Assembly (NCBI GenBank): GCA_964454175.1
Contig: CAYVSA010000019.1
Location: 19,918 to 30,810 of the forward strand
From: an uncultured Pseudomonadota bacterium
GTDB lineage: Bacteria; BMS3Abin14
Length of the DNA: 10,893 nt
Direction of reading: 5' to 3'
Shown: positions 8,092 to 10,893 of the stretch, piece after piece
How positions within the stretch are numbered: the stretch's first letter is position 1
Layout of the letters: each line of letters opens with the position of its first letter
Notes under the pieces: model-generated
Seen by the model: the letters and a program-made list of their open reading frames with translations, nothing else
What the model was told of the DNA's origin: nothing
Database searches by the model: none
Position numbers and translations under genes: made by a program

Positions 8092-8982
8092 TTATTTCTT
8101 CGATTTATTCTTTACCGGCTCTGATACGAAGGTAGTATCTTTGCGTTTCACTCCTACAGGGATTTCATATTCACACGGTACTTTCGTTTGACAAAGACCG
8201 CATCCAGTCACTGAAGTGCCAAACTTTTTGGCCAGGGCTTTGAAGGGAGGCCCGTAAGTGTATTTCATACAGCGGGCCTTATCGTGCCCATCAATGGAAA
8301 TTGCTCCTACGGGGCACCTTTTTATACACTCTCCGCACTCCTTACCCATACACGTCAGGCAGTTCTCGCGGTAATCCCAGTATGGAAATTCCGAAGGTTC
8401 CATTACAATATTTGTAACTACACTTCCACACCTGTGGGCAATTCCTCTTGGGGTAATCAGCCCTCTGTTCAGACTGAACGTACCTAGTCCCGCAGCATAG
8501 GCAATGTGGCGTTCGGACCACCTGGATGCCAATCCGACTTCTGGGTCTGTCACCCTGGACCACGCCTCAAGGAGTACGGGCGCAACGGCGGTGCCGCCCT
8601 GCTTAATCAGGAACTCTTCAACCAGCCTTCGCAGCTCGTCGTTGAACTGCTCTCCAAAATCCCTCGTTTGGGCCCATTCACGCGAGGGAAACTTATCCTG
8701 TTCCCTGTTGCTGTGGCGGGTCCGTTCCGTGATGGGAAGTATCCAGGAAACTACAGTACCCCCAAAGGGCTCTTTCGAATTTGTGAACATTTCCAGGACC
8801 CTGGCGGGTGTCCAGTGGAATGGGCCTATTAATTTAGTGTACTCATCGAAAAGCTGATTATTTACAGAAGCAAATCCCACTAAAGGTGATTCGAAGTAGC
8901 AGGTTCCATCAGTATTTCGGTTGCCGGGGTGGTTTCTGACGTACTCTTCGATCTTTTGTTTGACGAGACTTTTAATATTCAT
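8092..8982 (-). CDS. Epoxyqueuosine reductase (QueG)-like 4Fe-4S protein, probably corrinoid-dependent
   Basis: 'WSERHIAYAAGLGTFSLNRGLIT' matches the QueG/reductive-dehalogenase-type segment. Two Fe-S Cys groups follow: C..CGECIKRCP and C...GCGLCQTKVPC. The true substrate cannot be determined from the sequence. Confidence 0.75.
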   Translation of the reverse strand: MNIKSLVKQKIEEYVRNHPGNRNTDGTCYFESPLVGFASVNNQLFDEYTKLIGPFHWTPARVLEMFTNSKEPFGGTVVSWILPITERTRHSNREQDKFPSREWAQTRDFGEQFNDELRRLVEEFLIKQGGTAVAPVLLEAWSRVTDPEVGLASRWSERHIAYAAGLGTFSLNRGLITPRGIAHRCGSVVTNIVMEPSEFPYWDYRENCLTCMGKECGECIKRCPVGAISIDGHDKARCMKYTYGPPFKALAKKFGTSVTGCGLCQTKVPCEYEIPVGVKRKDTTFVSEPVKNKSKK

Positions 8983-9109
8983 ATTGTACTAACACCAGGA
9001 AATCCCCCGCGATTAACACAACACGTGGCAGAGGGCGATAACATTGTAGATCCAGCGCCATGATACCCAGTGTCAAAGCAGGTACCAGGTATCAGATCAT
9101 ATAATATGC

Positions 9110-9553
9110 TCATTGCTCTGACACCGTGTATCCGGGCCAGTTAGCCCCGGCTGCGCCAGCAAGGTTATCACCCAGTTTTTTAACTATCCTGACGGGCAGA
9201 TCCTCTGTTTTTCTGAAGCGCAGCTCCAGGACTTTGAATTTAAAGATCTTTTTTTCCATGATCGTTATGTCACGCCATGGCACGAACATAGGTGAGTGCC
9301 CGGGACGGAACATAAAGAACATTGCCAGGTAAAGTCCTCTGGAGTCGGCTCCTATAGTTGCGCAGCCCTTATATCCCATACCCAGGCGAGTAGTAAGGTT
9401 CTGGAATCGCCAAACCTTTCCTGCAAAGCCGCCAGTGTGAGGGTACTGAACCGCCATCCTTGCCCATCCAGTGAGACGTGATACAAGAAAAATTACAACA
9501 ACCCACAAGACGAGGAAAAACAATACAAAATCTTTTGGTGTAAAGGATTCCAT
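9110..9553 (-). CDS. Hypothetical membrane-anchored protein (147 aa)
   Basis: N-terminal TM helix followed by a soluble beta-rich region ('GLYLAMFFMFRPGHSPMFVPWRDI'). The ATG-started ORF fills the gap and is co-oriented with its neighbours. Confidence 0.65.
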   Translation of the reverse strand: MESFTPKDFVLFFLVLWVVVIFLVSRLTGWARMAVQYPHTGGFAGKVWRFQNLTTRLGMGYKGCATIGADSRGLYLAMFFMFRPGHSPMFVPWRDITIMEKKIFKFKVLELRFRKTEDLPVRIVKKLGDNLAGAAGANWPGYTVSEQ

Positions 9554-9619
9554 AACATCTATTTAGCCGTTTTTTTCGAGAAAGGGAACAATTTGATAGC
9601 CAAATTGCAAAGAGAGTTC

Positions 9620-9667
9620 ATAGTGTCTGACACCAATCATAAGTGCTCTGACACCAATCAGACACCA
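9620..9667. repeat. Imperfect ~20-bp tandem duplication built on the dispersed motif
   Basis: atagtgtctgacaccaatc / ataagtgctctgacaccaatc / agacacca, in the divergent intergenic region between the hypothetical gene and the ychF-like gene. Confidence 0.85.
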
Positions 9668-9842
9668 CTCGGAACTAACTCGGGGGTTGTCGAGCCGGGA
9701 AAAAGGTGGTAAAGACCTGTAGCCAATTTGGATATATGGCGACAAGTAAAGACGAATACTTAACAGAGAGCAGTTAGCAAGTCAGAGATCTCCATTTTAA
9801 ACTGGAGACGGCTTACTACCGGACGCAAAAGAGAGTTAAATC

Positions 9843-10893
9843 ATGAAGATCGGTCTTGCTGGTTATTCCGGGGCAGGAGTGACAACGTTCCTGGCCCTTC
9901 TTTCCGAGGACCCGGAGCTTGTAAACAGCCACGGGCGCCCCGAATTACGTTCCATTACTGTCGACGATCCCAGGCTGGATCGGCAGGTCGAATTTTATCA
10001 TCCCAGGAAGATAACCCCTCTGCAGGAAGAGATATTAGAACTCGGTGACCTGCGGCCCCAGGAGGGTGGCGGTCTGCGCAAAGAGACACTGGCACGGTCT
10101 GCGGGCCTGGACGCCCTGGTACTGGTACTGCGCGGCTTCGACGCTCCTGTGTCTTCAAGATGCCGTGATGCCAAGGAACTTGCAGAGGAACTCGAATCCC
10201 TCCTGCAGGAATTCGCAATTGCTGATCTCATACCCATTGAGAAACGCCTTGAGCGGCTTTCAAAAGAGGGAAAACAGTCCTCACCTGAGGCAAACCTGCT
10301 TAACAGGATCAGAGACAGTATTGAAAACGGTGTCCCCACGAGAATGATGGGACTTACTTGTGATGAATTAAAGGCCCTCTCTGGATACAATTTCCACACT
10401 CTAGTGCCGTTGACAGTTGTCACAAACGTTGGAGCGGAAGGCGCCAAGTGTGTACATTACCCGGACCTGGCCAAGAAGTGCAAACTTGAAGGCGCGGCTT
10501 ATATTGAGATCCCTTCCCTGGCGGAGTTCGAACTGCTTGAGATCCAGGAGGGAGAAAGAGCTCCCTTCCTGGAAGATCTTGGCATCACTTCACCGGCAAG
10601 GGAACGTTTTATGAAAACCGTGTTCGAGCAGCTTCACATTGCCACTTTTTTCACCGTCGGAGAAGACGAGGTACATGCCTGGGCTATCACCGAGGGAACA
10701 CCCGCCGTAAAAGCCGCGGGTAAAATCCACTCTGACCTGGAACGGGGCTTTATCAGGGCTGAAGTTATCTCGGGAGAGGAGTGTCTAGCTCTCGGCGGCC
10801 TGGAAAAGGCTAAGAAAGCCGGCAAGCTGCGCATCGAGGGCAAGGATTATATAGTGCAGGATGGCGAGATCTTCCACGTCAGGTTCAACGTTT
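9843..10893 (+). CDS. ychF: YchF/Ola1-family (DUF933 / TGS C-terminal domain) protein with degenerate nucleotide-binding motifs; stop codon cut by the window edge
   Basis: Absent from the ORF track because no stop lies in the window. My translation from the ATG at 9843 is open for 350 codons: MKIGLAGYSGAGVTT...DDPRL...FFTVGEDEVHAWAI...AAGKIHSDLERGFIRAEV...GKLRIEGKDYIVQDGEIFHVRFNV. This is the canonical YchF C-terminus. It may be a paralog rather than the housekeeping ychF. Confidence 0.85.
   Translation, partial: MKIGLAGYSGAGVTTFLALLSEDPELVNSHGRPELRSITVDDPRLDRQVEFYHPRKITPLQEEILELGDLRPQEGGGLRKETLARSAGLDALVLVLRGFDAPVSSRCRDAKELAEELESLLQEFAIADLIPIEKRLERLSKEGKQSSPEANLLNRIRDSIENGVPTRMMGLTCDELKALSGYNFHTLVPLTVVTNVGAEGAKCVHYPDLAKKCKLEGAAYIEIPSLAEFELLEIQEGERAPFLEDLGITSPARERFMKTVFEQLHIATFFTVGEDEVHAWAITEGTPAVKAAGKIHSDLERGFIRAEVISGEECLALGGLEKAKKAGKLRIEGKDYIVQDGEIFHVRFNV

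Larger units (their letters stand above)
1333..9655. repeat. Dispersed 12-bp motif GGTGTCAGAGCA
   Basis: Exact copies: 3916-3927(+), 5290-5301(+), 6321-6332(+), 6399-6410(+), 9114-9125(-), 9644-9655(-). One mismatch: 1333-1344(-), 3836-3847(-). One-base deletion: 9623-9634(-). Two mismatches: 8001-8012, 9069-9080, 9088-9099 (all +). Confidence 0.9.

Noticed and set aside
9594-9609. Possible sigma-54 promoter (TGATAGCCAAATTGCA)
   Set aside because: It lacks the invariant GG at -24.
9563-9745. 60-aa minus-strand ORF in the divergent intergenic region
   Set aside because: No recognisable features; its repeated 'IGVR' comes from the tandem 12-mer copies. Probably non-coding.
9789-9808. TCTCCA-N8-TGGAGA inverted repeat upstream of the ychF-like gene
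   Set aside because: Only a 6-bp stem with no U-tract, too weak to call a terminator or operator.
9955-10843. Short ORFs listed in the track in this interval
   Set aside because: All are shadows of the ychF-like reading frame starting at 9843.

Overview
This 10.9 kb window is about 50% GC and looks like a Gram-negative, probably anaerobic bacterium; a Desulfobacterota/deltaproteobacterial affiliation is only an inference. On the + strand is a tightly coupled four-gene envelope cluster: a DUF2892/YgaP-like membrane protein, an MMPL/RND permease, a LolA-like periplasmic protein and a probable outer-membrane beta-barrel. It is followed by a heptamer-repeat intergenic tract and an FAD-dependent glycerol-3-phosphate dehydrogenase. 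On the - strand are an EamA/DMT transporter, a QueG-like 4Fe-4S protein and a small membrane hypothetical protein. At the right edge, missing from the ORF track, is a YchF-family gene with a degenerate P-loop. The most striking unexplained signal is a non-palindromic 12-mer, GGTGTCAGAGCA. It occurs 6 times exactly, with several near-copies, on both strands, inside genes and between them, resembling a DNA-uptake-sequence-like or other genome-wide signal.
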